Source: Promethearchaeota archaeon (GTDB taxonomy: Archaea; Asgardarchaeota; Lokiarchaeia; Sigyniarchaeales; SOKP01). Taken from it: 44,247 nucleotides of DNA. Below, one piece after another: positions 1 to 10,304 of this stretch (position 1 is its first letter; every line of letters starts with the position of its first letter). The notes beneath the pieces are model-generated. The model was given only the letters and a program-made list of their open reading frames with translations, did not search any database and was not told where the DNA came from. A program made the position numbers and the translations under genes. The stretch spans positions 98,965 through 143,211 of the forward strand of contig JAHPZI010000008.1 in the NCBI GenBank assembly GCA_019058295.1, read 5' to 3'.

Positions 1-36
1 ACGTTAAAAATAGGATTGGAAGAAGAAATATACTAA
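1..36 (+). CDS. possible 3' end of a CDS truncated by the window edge (TLKIGLEEEIY*)
   Basis: Open frame from base 1 to TAA at 34-36; too short to identify. Confidence 0.25.
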   Translation, partial: TLKIGLEEEIY

Positions 37-514
37 GAATAAAGAGAATTATTGTGTACTTCTTATGTTTTTTTAGATTGATCATTTTTCAAAATTAATA
101 TAGAACATTAATAAACTTTCAATAGATTAACTTTGATAAAATTATTTATAAATCTTTCCTATCTTTCTTAAGAATATTTATCTATACACTTTAGTATAAA
201 TACTCATAACTTCGTCAGATCTCTTACTTTAATAGGCTTTTATAAATAGAGGAAAATTATCTTTAAAAGTAAAATACTTATAGAAATAAATCGAGTCAAA
301 ATTTGTGAAGTTCTACTTCTTTCTGTAAGGAAGATACAAAAGGAATTATGGAAAAATTAGAGTAAAATGTTAAGAAAATGAAATTTTTAGCAGATGAGAA
401 AGATTTATAAATAATTTTATCAAAGTTAATCTATTGAAAGTTAATTAATGTTCTAGATAAATTTTAAAAAATATTATAAAATTAATTCTATCATAAAATT
501 TAGAGTGGTAAAAG

Positions 515-1060
515 ATGGGAAAAATATCAAATGGTTTACATTATATGGCAAACGAAAAAAATCTAGTGATTTACGGAGGAATCTTAACTCTAATTTCTAT
601 ATATTTTTTAACATGGTTTACCTATATATTAGGCACTCGCCATTATGCAAACGGGATGGGCGGAATACAAAATCTCATTCATATCTTTACAAATTCAGAA
701 GAGTATACATTTGCTTATGGAGTACCGTTATGGGTAACTAGCTTAATGGTTGCCTTTATTATCACGGTTCTGGCTTGTGGTTTCATGCAACTATGCGGGA
801 AAAAAAGTTATTTTCTAGGATATTTCGGATCAATTATAGCTCTACTGTTAGGCTTAATGATTATAGTTGGGGAATTTATTGGTCTTGTAGGATTCCATAG
901 AATTCTTTTTTTATTTGGGGGTGACCCTTTAATTGAACCAATTATTCCATTCCAAATTGTAATTAATGGAATGATCATATGTATTGGAGGTTATTTTTTA
1001 ATTGCGGGTGGAATAATAGGACTTTTTCCAATGTTGGGCGGTTTGAAAAAACGAGAGTAG
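515..1060 (+). CDS. hypothetical multi-pass membrane protein (start may be the ATG at 545)
   Basis: 181-aa ORF with about 4 Gly-rich hydrophobic helices; T-tract downstream. Confidence 0.7.
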   Translation: MGKISNGLHYMANEKNLVIYGGILTLISIYFLTWFTYILGTRHYANGMGGIQNLIHIFTNSEEYTFAYGVPLWVTSLMVAFIITVLACGFMQLCGKKSYFLGYFGSIIALLLGLMIIVGEFIGLVGFHRILFLFGGDPLIEPIIPFQIVINGMIICIGGYFLIAGGIIGLFPMLGGLKKRE

Positions 1061-1281
1061 TCTTAAATCCGTTTTAAATTCTTTTTTAAAATTATCTCAC
1101 AAATAGTTCTAAATTCTAATTTTAAGAGTTATTCCTTTTTTATCTTATATTTCTGGATTTCAATCTTGAAATTTATATCTGTAACATTAAAAATGTTGTC
1201 ATCTATAAATAATTTAAAATTTTAATAAATTTAAATTTAAAAATGTAAAAAAGTAATTTGTTTTAATTAAGGTGATTATTT

Positions 1282-1653
1282 TTGGAAAGAACAATTTATT
1301 ATAAATACATGTTTATCATAGGGGCAATATGGAATTTGGCTGTTGCAATACCTCTTCTTATTATGTCATATTTCATAAATCTTGGACTTTCGACTTTAGG
1401 ACTAATCTATTATCAAGGGTTTTTGATTTCAATAATTCTTTTTGGAATTGGATATTACATAGTTGGCAAAGATATCAACAAGAATCATGCTATCGTTTTA
1501 TTAGGCATTGTAGGAAAAATTTTAGTCTTTACATTTTTTCTAGCTTATTTCCTTTTAGGAATTATGACAATTCTCGAAGTTATTGCTAGTACAATAGATT
1601 TAATCTTTGCATGCCTCTTTATTGAGTTTTTAATTAATTTCGAAAAAGTTTAA
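1282..1653 (+). CDS. hypothetical 4-TM membrane protein
   Basis: 123-aa hydrophobic ORF; TTG start preceded by SD-like AAGGTGA. Confidence 0.75.
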   Translation: MERTIYYKYMFIIGAIWNLAVAIPLLIMSYFINLGLSTLGLIYYQGFLISIILFGIGYYIVGKDINKNHAIVLLGIVGKILVFTFFLAYFLLGIMTILEVIASTIDLIFACLFIEFLINFEKV

Positions 1654-1705
1654 TCTTAAAAGAGAGAAAAAATTATAATCTTTTTTTTTTCTTAAATTCT
1701 CGATT

Positions 1706-2464
1706 TCAATCCTTTTCTTGGTTCTTCTGAATTAATTTATGAATCTCGTCATAAGAACCCAATATTTTCTTAACTTCGGGATGATTTAATCCTTCTTTTG
1801 GGTCGCCTTCAAATATACCTTTTCCGCTATTTAATACTAGTATTTTCTCTGCCCAATTTTCCACAAAAAATAAATTATGAGTAGTGAACAAAATAGTCAT
1901 CCTCTCTTCTTTCCTTAACTTTTCAAAAATTTCAAGATGGCTATAAATAGATTTAAAATCAAGATTAGCAAATGGCTCGTCTAAAATTAACAATTTTGGG
2001 TTCATTACTAATAGGCCGGCTAATGAGGCTCGTTTCTTTTGCCCCCAGGACAAATTAAAAGGGGAATATTCCTTATAATCAAATAAATTTACTGCTTTTA
2101 AAGCCCATTCTACACGTTCTTTTACTTCCTCTTGTTCGAGCTTTAAATTTCTTGCTCCAAAACCTACGTCTTCTTCTATAGTTGGAGCAAATAATTGATC
2201 GTCAGGATTTTGGAATAAAAATCCAATTTTTTGCCTAACCTTCCATAATTGCTTTCTATTTCTCGTAAGAACTTCATCAAAAATCTTGATTGTTCCAGAT
2301 TTTGGTTTTAATAAACCAACTAACAACTTTAATAATGTTGTTTTACCTGAACCATTATTTCCCGTTAAAGCATAAATTGAATTTTCTTCTATTTTTAACG
2401 ATAAATCCTGAACACTAAAACCATTTTTATAGCTAAAATTCAAATTTTCTACGTCTACAGCCAA
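1706..2464 (-). CDS. cbiO: ECF transporter ATPase (CbiO/NikO)
   Basis: Walker A GNNGSGKT, FQNPDDQ Q-loop, LSWGQKKR signature, LDEP Walker B; overlaps the end of cbiQ. Confidence 0.92.
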   Translation of the reverse strand: MAVDVENLNFSYKNGFSVQDLSLKIEENSIYALTGNNGSGKTTLLKLLVGLLKPKSGTIKIFDEVLTRNRKQLWKVRQKIGFLFQNPDDQLFAPTIEEDVGFGARNLKLEQEEVKERVEWALKAVNLFDYKEYSPFNLSWGQKKRASLAGLLVMNPKLLILDEPFANLDFKSIYSHLEIFEKLRKEERMTILFTTHNLFFVENWAEKILVLNSGKGIFEGDPKEGLNHPEVKKILGSYDEIHKLIQKNQEKD

Positions 2465-3258
2465 AATAGTGCTAAAACACCCTTATAAAATAATTCTAAA
2501 TTTATAAAATAAATTAAAGATAGAGTAATAAAAAGAAAGAGTAGCAATAGCATTATATCAATTATTTTAATTTTCCTCGACGCAAACGTTAGCTTACCGG
2601 TAAAACCTCGCATTTTTAGACTTTCGTATAGTTTTTCGCTACGTTCCATGTTTGCTACAAGACTCTTTCCCATTGCATAGCCATGGGCTTTTAATTTTTC
2701 CCAATAATTCGTTATTTTTTTACCTCGGAGTTCTTGAGCCTCTAATATTTTTTTATTTGAACTGGCTATGATTGGAATATAATGAAGCATTATAATGAAA
2801 CTACCAACAAAAAAAGAAGGAAGCCTCATAGTTTTTAGAGCTTCAATAAACTCTGAATACGTTAATGATGAAAAGAATGACATAAAAATAAATGTGGCTC
2901 CAAAAATTCTCATAAATAATAAAAGCGCTCGCGATAATCCTTCTTTATAAATATTAAGTGTAATTCCTATTTCAATTCGAAAGATTATAGTTTCTCCTAT
3001 ATAAAATGGAATAAAAACGGTAATTAGAATTATGAAAGGGATTATATTTTTTATCCTGGAGATAATTCTCAAAAGAGGTAAACGTGCGATCACGCTAAAG
3101 AAAAATGTAATTATTATGAAGGTGGATATTAAGTAAATACTATTGATAAGAAGAAATGGAATTACAAAAATAAAAGGTAATATTATTCTAACTGTAGGAT
3201 GCACTTTATTTAACAGTGTTTTCTCATTTTCATGTCTAAATGGAAGTATTGTTTCCAA
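2455..3258 (-). CDS. cbiQ: ECF transmembrane T component (CbiQ/NikQ)
   Basis: Hydrophobic, with two X-R-G motifs (AQELRG, LKMRGF); lies between cbiM/PDGLE genes and cbiO. Confidence 0.9.
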   Translation of the reverse strand: METILPFRHENEKTLLNKVHPTVRIILPFIFVIPFLLINSIYLISTFIIITFFFSVIARLPLLRIISRIKNIIPFIILITVFIPFYIGETIIFRIEIGITLNIYKEGLSRALLLFMRIFGATFIFMSFFSSLTYSEFIEALKTMRLPSFFVGSFIIMLHYIPIIASSNKKILEAQELRGKKITNYWEKLKAHGYAMGKSLVANMERSEKLYESLKMRGFTGKLTFASRKIKIIDIMLLLLFLFITLSLIYFINLELFYKGVLALFWL

Positions 3259-3467
3259 TTCCTAATATCTCCAAAAGTTTTCATATTTTATTATAAATTA
3301 ATAATATCTCTTTATTTTAAATTAATTTTCTTTATAAAACAAAAATAATGTAAATTCTCTATTCTAAAAAAGGAGGAAACAAGACTCTCCAAATTTAAAT
3401 TTTTGATTAATTAATTTACTTTATTAATCCATAAGATTTCATTTTAAAAAAAAAAAAATAATTTTAG

Positions 3468-3785
3468 TTATTCATTTTTAGATTTCATTTTTTTGCTTAT
3501 ATGGGAGATTAATGAAAATACAGCGATAATTAGTGCAATAGTTAATAATATACCTATTATACCGGCAATATAATCATTATCAATCCAGCCCAAAATTGGT
3601 TCCCATGCAGATCCTAATCCTTCTAACCATTCTTCACTTCGAATATCAATTAATGCTCTTTCAAGACCATCTGGATCTTCTGAGAGTATCCCTAACGTAA
3701 ATCCAATTGCAATCATTAGCATTAAAACTCCAATTATAACGATAATTGAAATAATAGGCCATTTATATCTTTCCCAATCAACCAA
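3468..3785 (-). CDS. PDGLE-domain ECF accessory membrane protein (NikN/CbiN-like)
   Basis: PDGLE motif between two TM helices; starts 1 nt after the cbiM stop. Confidence 0.85.
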   Translation of the reverse strand: MVDWERYKWPIISIIVIIGVLMLMIAIGFTLGILSEDPDGLERALIDIRSEEWLEGLGSAWEPILGWIDNDYIAGIIGILLTIALIIAVFSLISHISKKMKSKNE

Positions 3786-3786
3786 T

Positions 3787-4458
3787 TTAAGCCACCCCTA
3801 ACATTTTTTCTGTAATGATTAATTCAGGCTTTGTTTTATAAACAAACCACACAATTAGACCAGATATAATTGCTTCTCCTATTCCAATAAGAAGATGCCA
3901 GAAAACCATAGCAGCTACAGCAATCTCCATAGGAATAATGCCTCCAATTCCAATCTCAATACCACATATGAACGCAGCTAATACTATAGCGATATAAGAA
4001 CCAATGGCAGTAGCGATTGGGACTTTTATTTCTTTTTTTATTTCAGTTTTATTAAAAATCCAGAGAATTGCTTTTACTATATAAAAGCCACCAATGCCAC
4101 CAATTACCCCCATATTGAAAGTGTTTGCGCCAAGAGCCGTAATTCCTCCATCACCAAATAAACTCTGTACTACCAATACCATGAATAATACTATAACAGC
4201 TGCCCAAGGACCAAGAATTACTCCTACCAGAGTACCACCAACTAAATGCCCAGATGTACCACCTGGAACAGGGTAATTTACAAATTGAAAAGCGAATATT
4301 GTTGCCGCAAGGACTCCTATATATGGAATAAGTTTCTCCGATTCTTCCTCTTGAAATAATTTATTTAATCTCCAAAAAGCAATAACCAAGATGAATACAG
4401 CTACTATCCATAATACTATAATGGTTACAGGATCTAACAACCCATCAGGTATATGCAT
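3787..4458 (-). CDS. cbiM: Co/Ni ECF substrate-specific component (CbiM/NikM)
   Basis: Diagnostic N-terminal MHIPDG; GTSGHLVGG and GDGGITALGAN motifs. Confidence 0.93.
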   Translation of the reverse strand: MHIPDGLLDPVTIIVLWIVAVFILVIAFWRLNKLFQEEESEKLIPYIGVLAATIFAFQFVNYPVPGGTSGHLVGGTLVGVILGPWAAVIVLFMVLVVQSLFGDGGITALGANTFNMGVIGGIGGFYIVKAILWIFNKTEIKKEIKVPIATAIGSYIAIVLAAFICGIEIGIGGIIPMEIAVAAMVFWHLLIGIGEAIISGLIVWFVYKTKPELIITEKMLGVA

Positions 4459-4683
4459 TTTTAGTTTAAAACCTCTTATTTTTCTAAAGTTGTTATTTTT
4501 ATTATATTTAGTATTAATAAATTATAATTAAGTTTGAAATTTAAAGTATGAACTTTTTCTAATTTAGTATGAAGTGCAATTAAAAAAAATCCTAAGCTCA
4601 AATTTTAAAGCTAAATTCGTCCAAAATTTAAAAAAATATATTTTTTAGGTCTTGCTTTTTGTTAGGCGTTAATTTTTGTATTA

Positions 4684-6099
4684 CTAAGCAATGCTTTCTA
4701 ATAATTTTTTACGCTTAATTTCATGTATCTCTTTTAATTTCTCTCTCATTTCCTTTAGGCGCTCTCCATGCAGCGGATAAAAATATATAGGAATTAAGCT
4801 TAACGCAACTACTATCGCAGGAACGACAAACATTATAATTTTTATCCCTAAAAACGCACTTTCAGGTTGATCAGCACCTGGAGCTCCTTGGATGTAGCCA
4901 AAATATACTAAAATTAATGTAGCAATTATAGGACCTATGCTTGCTGCTGGTTTTGATAATAAAGCATTAATACCCATAAACATACCTTCTCTTCGCGATC
5001 CATTTTTAACCTCATCCTCGTCAATTGCTAAGAATTGCATAGGAATTTGAAAAATACCATACCCACCAAAAAAGGTAGTCCATAAAAAGCCAATCCAAAT
5101 AAACCATTCCAAGGCAGGATCAAGGATAATCACAAATAAAATTAAGACTCCAATCACACGACATGTGCCAAAGACCAATATAATTTTTCTCATACCCCAT
5201 TTTGGACGTAACCACATGCATAAAATATTAGCGCCGAATCCAACAAGAATATATATGAGGAAATAGTATGCCACTGCAGCTCCCGGTGAGACTCTTTCTA
5301 GTAAGAGAACATATATAAATACATAACTCAATGCCAGGTTTCCCAGCAAGGCCATTGCGAAATTAAATGGAACATATCTTACAAAGGTTTTTGATTTAAA
5401 ACATTCTTTCAGTGATTTACCTAATGTAAATGTTTCATCTTTTCGAAATTCTGGTTTTTCTTCACACATATGAGCTACCAGAAGAAGAAATATCGTCGAT
5501 ATGATTGCAATTATAATTGCCGAAATCCGAAATTCCAGAGAAATAGGACTCATAGGAAAAAGGATAATAAATGCTATGACAAAAGCTATTGTCCCTAAAA
5601 CTATAACGAGAAACTGCGCCTTATTCCGTTGGTCCAAATCTGGTGTCATTTCTGGAAGAGTCGCAAGCCACACAAGAACAACTAGGGTTAAGAGCGTGTC
5701 AAAGAGACAAATACTAATGACATAATGAAGGAATATTATGAATTGATTATCGAAGCTCCATGGAAACCATACTAATAGAAAAGTCAAAGCCCATATCGGT
5801 CCGCCGTATTTTATATAAATAATTCTTCTAGAACCCCATTTTTCGCTATTCGTGCGATCCGAAAGTTGCCCAGATAATGGATCGTTTAAAGCGTTAATTG
5901 TCATGTAAATTACTTGACCAATTATAAAATATATTGGAAGTAACCGTAAATCGTCGTAAAAGAATTGTACATATTTTAAGCCAAATATGAAACCCAATAA
6001 AACTGTTGGAACAGATCCTAAAGCGTATCCCCACAAATTTTTATTACTGAGCTTTCCTGGCGGTCCTTTTTCCCAACCCATAACTTTTTCACATCCCAT
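4684..6099 (-). CDS. MFS transporter, GPH (MelB/UidB-like) family
   Basis: About 12 TM; NALNDPLSGQLSDRT, IDEDE..GSRREGMF and YPL motifs. Confidence 0.88.
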   Translation of the reverse strand: MGCEKVMGWEKGPPGKLSNKNLWGYALGSVPTVLLGFIFGLKYVQFFYDDLRLLPIYFIIGQVIYMTINALNDPLSGQLSDRTNSEKWGSRRIIYIKYGGPIWALTFLLVWFPWSFDNQFIIFLHYVISICLFDTLLTLVVLVWLATLPEMTPDLDQRNKAQFLVIVLGTIAFVIAFIILFPMSPISLEFRISAIIIAIISTIFLLLVAHMCEEKPEFRKDETFTLGKSLKECFKSKTFVRYVPFNFAMALLGNLALSYVFIYVLLLERVSPGAAVAYYFLIYILVGFGANILCMWLRPKWGMRKIILVFGTCRVIGVLILFVIILDPALEWFIWIGFLWTTFFGGYGIFQIPMQFLAIDEDEVKNGSRREGMFMGINALLSKPAASIGPIIATLILVYFGYIQGAPGADQPESAFLGIKIIMFVVPAIVVALSLIPIYFYPLHGERLKEMREKLKEIHEIKRKKLLESIA

Positions 6100-6160
6100 A
6101 AAAGTATATAAATTAAATGATTCTGGAATTTAAAAACATTTCTTAATCGAGGTTTTAGTA

Positions 6161-7042
6161 TTATAAGAGCTTTTTAATATTTTTAGCTATTTTCATTAGG
6201 CTTAGTTCTGCGATTCCTAAATTAACTTTTGAATCGTATAAAATTATGATGATGTAATTTCTACTTAAAAGTTTTTTATGAGAAACTTGTTTCGAGAATA
6301 TTTTCTGTCCATTCTTTAAAACGGATATCGAAACTTTAGGATATCCCCGTTTAATTATTTCTCTTATAGTTTTTACGGATCTTCGCTTTTCTAAAACTTC
6401 ATAAACTTCATAAATTTCATTTAATACTTCTTTAGAAATATTTTCTAATTCTTTTAGAGAATTTACTAATATTTTTTTGGGAAGAGATGAGTAATAAATT
6501 CTTCCTGTTATTGATAAAATGGCTGCTCCTATAATCTCATTATCCATGATTAAATTTTTAAAATAACCTTGGATTTTTTCGGGAGACCTATAAAATAGAG
6601 GATCTATGAGGCCCTTAGCGATTGAATCCACGATTAGATCTACTTTTTTGTCTTTAATAACCTCGTAATCTCGTGATGGGCCCAATTTCTCGTAAAAATA
6701 CAGAAAATGAGAAGATATTCTTTCCAAACAATCAAATAAAAATATTTGACTTACAGTTTCGTCTGAAATAATAACGAAGATGAATTTGCCCTTTCTTTTA
6801 AAGGCTAGCTTTAAATCAAACATTTCAATAGCATCTAATTGTTTTGATGTAAGTTCTTTGGAAAAAGAAAATAAAGCCGAGAGTAAAGCAGAAAGTAAAT
6901 ACGTATCAACCTTCTTTAATCTTTTTGTAAAATCTCTACTATATATACAAATACCTGTATTTAAAAGGATAAAAAAAGAGTGAACTTGAGAAGAATATTG
7001 AGCTGTTAATGATTTTTCTTTTTTTTTTATGGACATTTTCAT
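6161..7042 (-). CDS. longin-like plus roadblock/LC7-like two-domain protein
   Basis: N-half FFIL..TGICIYSR..LLSALLSALFSFSKEL (longin pattern); C-half IIGAAILSITGRIYYSSL..NLGIAELSL (roadblock pattern). Confidence 0.65.
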   Translation of the reverse strand: MKMSIKKKEKSLTAQYSSQVHSFFILLNTGICIYSRDFTKRLKKVDTYLLSALLSALFSFSKELTSKQLDAIEMFDLKLAFKRKGKFIFVIISDETVSQIFLFDCLERISSHFLYFYEKLGPSRDYEVIKDKKVDLIVDSIAKGLIDPLFYRSPEKIQGYFKNLIMDNEIIGAAILSITGRIYYSSLPKKILVNSLKELENISKEVLNEIYEVYEVLEKRRSVKTIREIIKRGYPKVSISVLKNGQKIFSKQVSHKKLLSRNYIIIILYDSKVNLGIAELSLMKIAKNIKKLL

Positions 7043-7202
7043 ATAATTTCACATATAATCCCTACTGGTATTAAATTTAAGTTTTTAATATTTCATATAA
7101 TTTTCCTAAAAATTTTTTCTGAGTTATTAATAACTGTTGATTAGTAGAAAAAAAAAAGTAATAAATGGGGGTGTTTTCTTGAGTGATCTTGATAAAATTT
7201 TA

Positions 7203-8147
7203 TTAGAATAGAATTTCACGTAATAAATTAATAAATATATCAAGATCTTCTCTACTAAAGGAAGGGTCATCTTTAATCATTAAAAGATAATAAGGTGGAG
7301 AATTTTCAATTGAAAATCGTTTGAATAAAAAGTTTTTTCCTAATCTACGGACCATCATAACATCTTCAGGATTCTCATCTTTTACTTGGGCATTATCTAG
7401 TCTATCGTTTAGAGACAGGAAATAAGGTGTAGATTGTTTTAATATATCTTCAACTTCTGAATTTTTATAGTATGAGCCAATGACCAATGAGTTATCATCT
7501 AGTAGCTCGACAGCTTCCGCATTAATTTTTTTTGCAAATTCTTCTGCAGCCCGATCAACAAACTCTGCTTTTGTGAATAAGCTCTGAAAAATCGTAGACA
7601 TCGCATTAATTATTGTAGATAAATCAAATATTGTTGTTCTGAAATAATTGATTTTTTTATATTTAATCTCTTTTTCAATCTTATTTCTTAAATTCGTCGC
7701 AGCTTTTACTAATTGCGGATCTGGGTGTTTGTAAATATCCGGATCCACTTTGTGAAACCAGACATAAATTGGAGGTTCAATCTTAAGTTTTTTAAATTGT
7801 TTAACAACATCACTTAAGTAAGAAAGAGCCTCTGAGAATCGATCAGGATTCTGAATATCAATAACATAAATCGCAATTTCAGTTTTGTCAAAGTATCGGG
7901 ATGGATTTTTTAAATAGGAAATACGGTAATATTCTTGACCTCCTAAATCCCATTCACTAATTTCTTTTCCCATAAATTCAAAATTTCTTCTCTGTGCACC
8001 CATTGTAGGCTTAATTACGGTAATCTTTTCTAATTCTCTTCTAAACGCCAATATAATTGAGGATTTTCCTGCGTAATCTAATCCCGTAAAAAGTATTTTT
8101 TTCCTCTCTGATCCATCTGGTTGTAGAAATTCCAAATTAAAAACCAC
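7203..8147 (-). CDS. Arf/Rag-like small GTPase with C-terminal roadblock-like domain
   Basis: G1 GLDYAGKSS, G2 PT, G3 WDLGGQ, G4 HKVD, plus a ~120-aa C-terminal extension (AVELLDDNSLVIGSYY). Confidence 0.8.
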   Translation of the reverse strand: MVFNLEFLQPDGSERKKILFTGLDYAGKSSIILAFRRELEKITVIKPTMGAQRRNFEFMGKEISEWDLGGQEYYRISYLKNPSRYFDKTEIAIYVIDIQNPDRFSEALSYLSDVVKQFKKLKIEPPIYVWFHKVDPDIYKHPDPQLVKAATNLRNKIEKEIKYKKINYFRTTIFDLSTIINAMSTIFQSLFTKAEFVDRAAEEFAKKINAEAVELLDDNSLVIGSYYKNSEVEDILKQSTPYFLSLNDRLDNAQVKDENPEDVMMVRRLGKNFLFKRFSIENSPPYYLLMIKDDPSFSREDLDIFINLLREILF

Positions 8148-8225
8148 CCTATATTCGATAAATAATGTTATTAATTAATATATATATTAAGCATATAAAA
8201 ATGATCATGTCATTTTCAGATCCAA

Positions 8226-8318
8226 GGTAGAGACCATCTGACTGTTGTTCCTGATCCCAGATTTCATATGGTTGTTAAGGCTTTTTTGAATTATGTGAAT
8301 CGCAGTTAGAGAGCTACC
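8226..8318 (+). ncRNA. candidate structured RNA (nested long hairpin), unknown class
   Basis: GGTAG/CTACC, CTGACTG/CAGTTAG and TTCATATGGTT/AATTATGTGAA pair in nested order with G-U pairs on the + strand; GC-richer than its intergenic flanks. Confidence 0.3.
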
Positions 8319-8401
8319 CATTTAAGTCAACGAAATATTTATTAATATTAATAAATCAACTTTAAATAATTTAAAAATGTAAAAATTCAGATCTTTTTAA
8401 G

Positions 8402-10096
8402 GTGATTTTTATAAAAGATTATTCAGAATGGAAACCAATTATAGATTACGAGAATGAGTCACCGTATGTGAATCCAAATAGACCTTGGTTAAAATATCGC
8501 ACTCCTACTGTAGCGAAAACGATAAGGTTTGATCCAATTCCAGTCAGCGAATTTATAAGGGTATCAGTGAGCAAATTCCCAAATAATGTATTTCTTTATC
8601 ATAAACCTACAGATAAAAAATATACTTATCGAGAATTATTACATTATGCTGATAAGATTGCAAACGCACTATCCGAATTAGGTGTTTCAAAAGGGGATGC
8701 TGTAGGTGTAATGTCTATAAATTGCCCTGAGTTTGTATTTTGTTTCTTAGGTATAATAGAATCTGGAGCTACGGTAGTGCCTATAAATCCTCTTCTTAAA
8801 GAATCAGATGTGGCTCATATAATTCGGGAATCTGGCCATATTAAAGCCATTTTTGCCCATAAAGCCAATTATAGAACAATCAAAAAAGCAGGAAAAGAAG
8901 TTGAAATCAAGAATTTAATTTTACTAGGTGCTCAAGAAGCAAAACCGGATACTATTACTCTTGAAGATTTTATAAATGGGAACCCACCAAAACCGCCTAC
9001 CTTGGATATTGACCCTTCTAATGATATTGCTGCTTTAATGTTTACCGGGGGCACAACAGGGTTGCCTAAAGGGGTTATGCTGACACATGATAATATAATT
9101 CATAGTGCTCTTTCAATGCTTTATATGGCTGAGGAAGAACTTGAAGAGAATATAGGTAATGGAGTAGGTCTATCAATCTTGCCATTATGCCATGTTTTTG
9201 GATTCGAAATAATGATTTGTACATTTTATTTAGCCCCAATGATGGTAATGTTTGATTCTTTTAATCCGGCTGAAATCTTGGAAGCAATTGAATTTTATAA
9301 AATTAAACTATTTGTAGGTGTCCCTGTCATGTTTCAAATGCTGATCAATCACCCTGATTTTACAGAGCGAGATCTCTCTTGTATTGAAAGAACTGCCTCT
9401 GGTTCAGCAGCATTAGCTCCGGAGCTCGCTGATAGATGGGAGAAAGTCGTCGGAGTGAAATGTGGTCAGGGTTTCGGTATGACAGAGACATCGTCCTTCT
9501 CACATACGGCTGCAGGATGGATGCCAGAAACTATTCCAGCAAGTATTGGCGTTCCAATTATCGATACTGATGCAAAAATAGTCAATCCCGATAATTTAGA
9601 GGAACTTCCACCCAATGAAATTGGGGAACTATTGATTAAAGGACCTCAAATAATGAAAGGATATTGGAAAAACCCAGAAGCTACGAAACAAGATGTTGTT
9701 GATGGTTGGCTAAGGACAGGCGATCTTGCGCGAATGGACGAACGAGGATACTTCTATATTGAAGGGCGAACCAAAGATATGATTAAATATAAGGGTTACA
9801 AGGTAATGGCAAGGGAAGTGGAGGAAAAATTGATGGAACATCCCGCAATTCTAGAAGCTGGAGCAGTAGGTATTCCAGATCCAAATATCGGTGAGACTAT
9901 TAAGGTCTTTGTAGTTCTAAAGAGCGAATATAGAGATGGAAAAGTCAGTGAAAGCGACATCATTAATTGGGCTAAAGAAAAATTGGCTGGATATAAGTAT
10001 CCAAGGAAAGTGGAGTTCCTAAGATCATTACCACGAACCGCCGTCGGTAAAATATTTCGAAGAAAGTTAAGAGAAATGGAATTAGAAAAACAATAA
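8402..10096 (+). CDS. long-chain fatty acid--CoA ligase (AMP-binding family)
   Basis: FTGGTTGLPKG, QGFGMTE, WLRTGDL and LPRTAVGKI adenylation motifs. Confidence 0.92.
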   Translation: MIFIKDYSEWKPIIDYENESPYVNPNRPWLKYRTPTVAKTIRFDPIPVSEFIRVSVSKFPNNVFLYHKPTDKKYTYRELLHYADKIANALSELGVSKGDAVGVMSINCPEFVFCFLGIIESGATVVPINPLLKESDVAHIIRESGHIKAIFAHKANYRTIKKAGKEVEIKNLILLGAQEAKPDTITLEDFINGNPPKPPTLDIDPSNDIAALMFTGGTTGLPKGVMLTHDNIIHSALSMLYMAEEELEENIGNGVGLSILPLCHVFGFEIMICTFYLAPMMVMFDSFNPAEILEAIEFYKIKLFVGVPVMFQMLINHPDFTERDLSCIERTASGSAALAPELADRWEKVVGVKCGQGFGMTETSSFSHTAAGWMPETIPASIGVPIIDTDAKIVNPDNLEELPPNEIGELLIKGPQIMKGYWKNPEATKQDVVDGWLRTGDLARMDERGYFYIEGRTKDMIKYKGYKVMAREVEEKLMEHPAILEAGAVGIPDPNIGETIKVFVVLKSEYRDGKVSESDIINWAKEKLAGYKYPRKVEFLRSLPRTAVGKIFRRKLREMELEKQ

Positions 10097-10304
10097 AAAC
10101 CTAATCTAATATTTTTTTTTTTGAAATTTTAAAGATTTAGAATCACTAGTCTCTATATTACTATTAAGCTAATAAAATTTCAAAATTAACATGTTAAAAT
10201 AGTATATAAACATGCAATATTTAGATTATTATAAATTAGTTTTATAAATACGTCTTCTTTATGTTTAATAAAAATAATTAAAAATTGTGCTTTTAAAGAT
10301 TTGA

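Noticed and set aside
4510-4573. NikR-like operator upstream of cbiM (AGTATGAA at 4545 and 4566; similar words at 4510 and 4531)
   Set aside because: The half-sites are direct repeats, not the inverted arrangement of NikR sites, and such words are likely by chance in AT-rich DNA. No cobalamin riboswitch was recognisable either.
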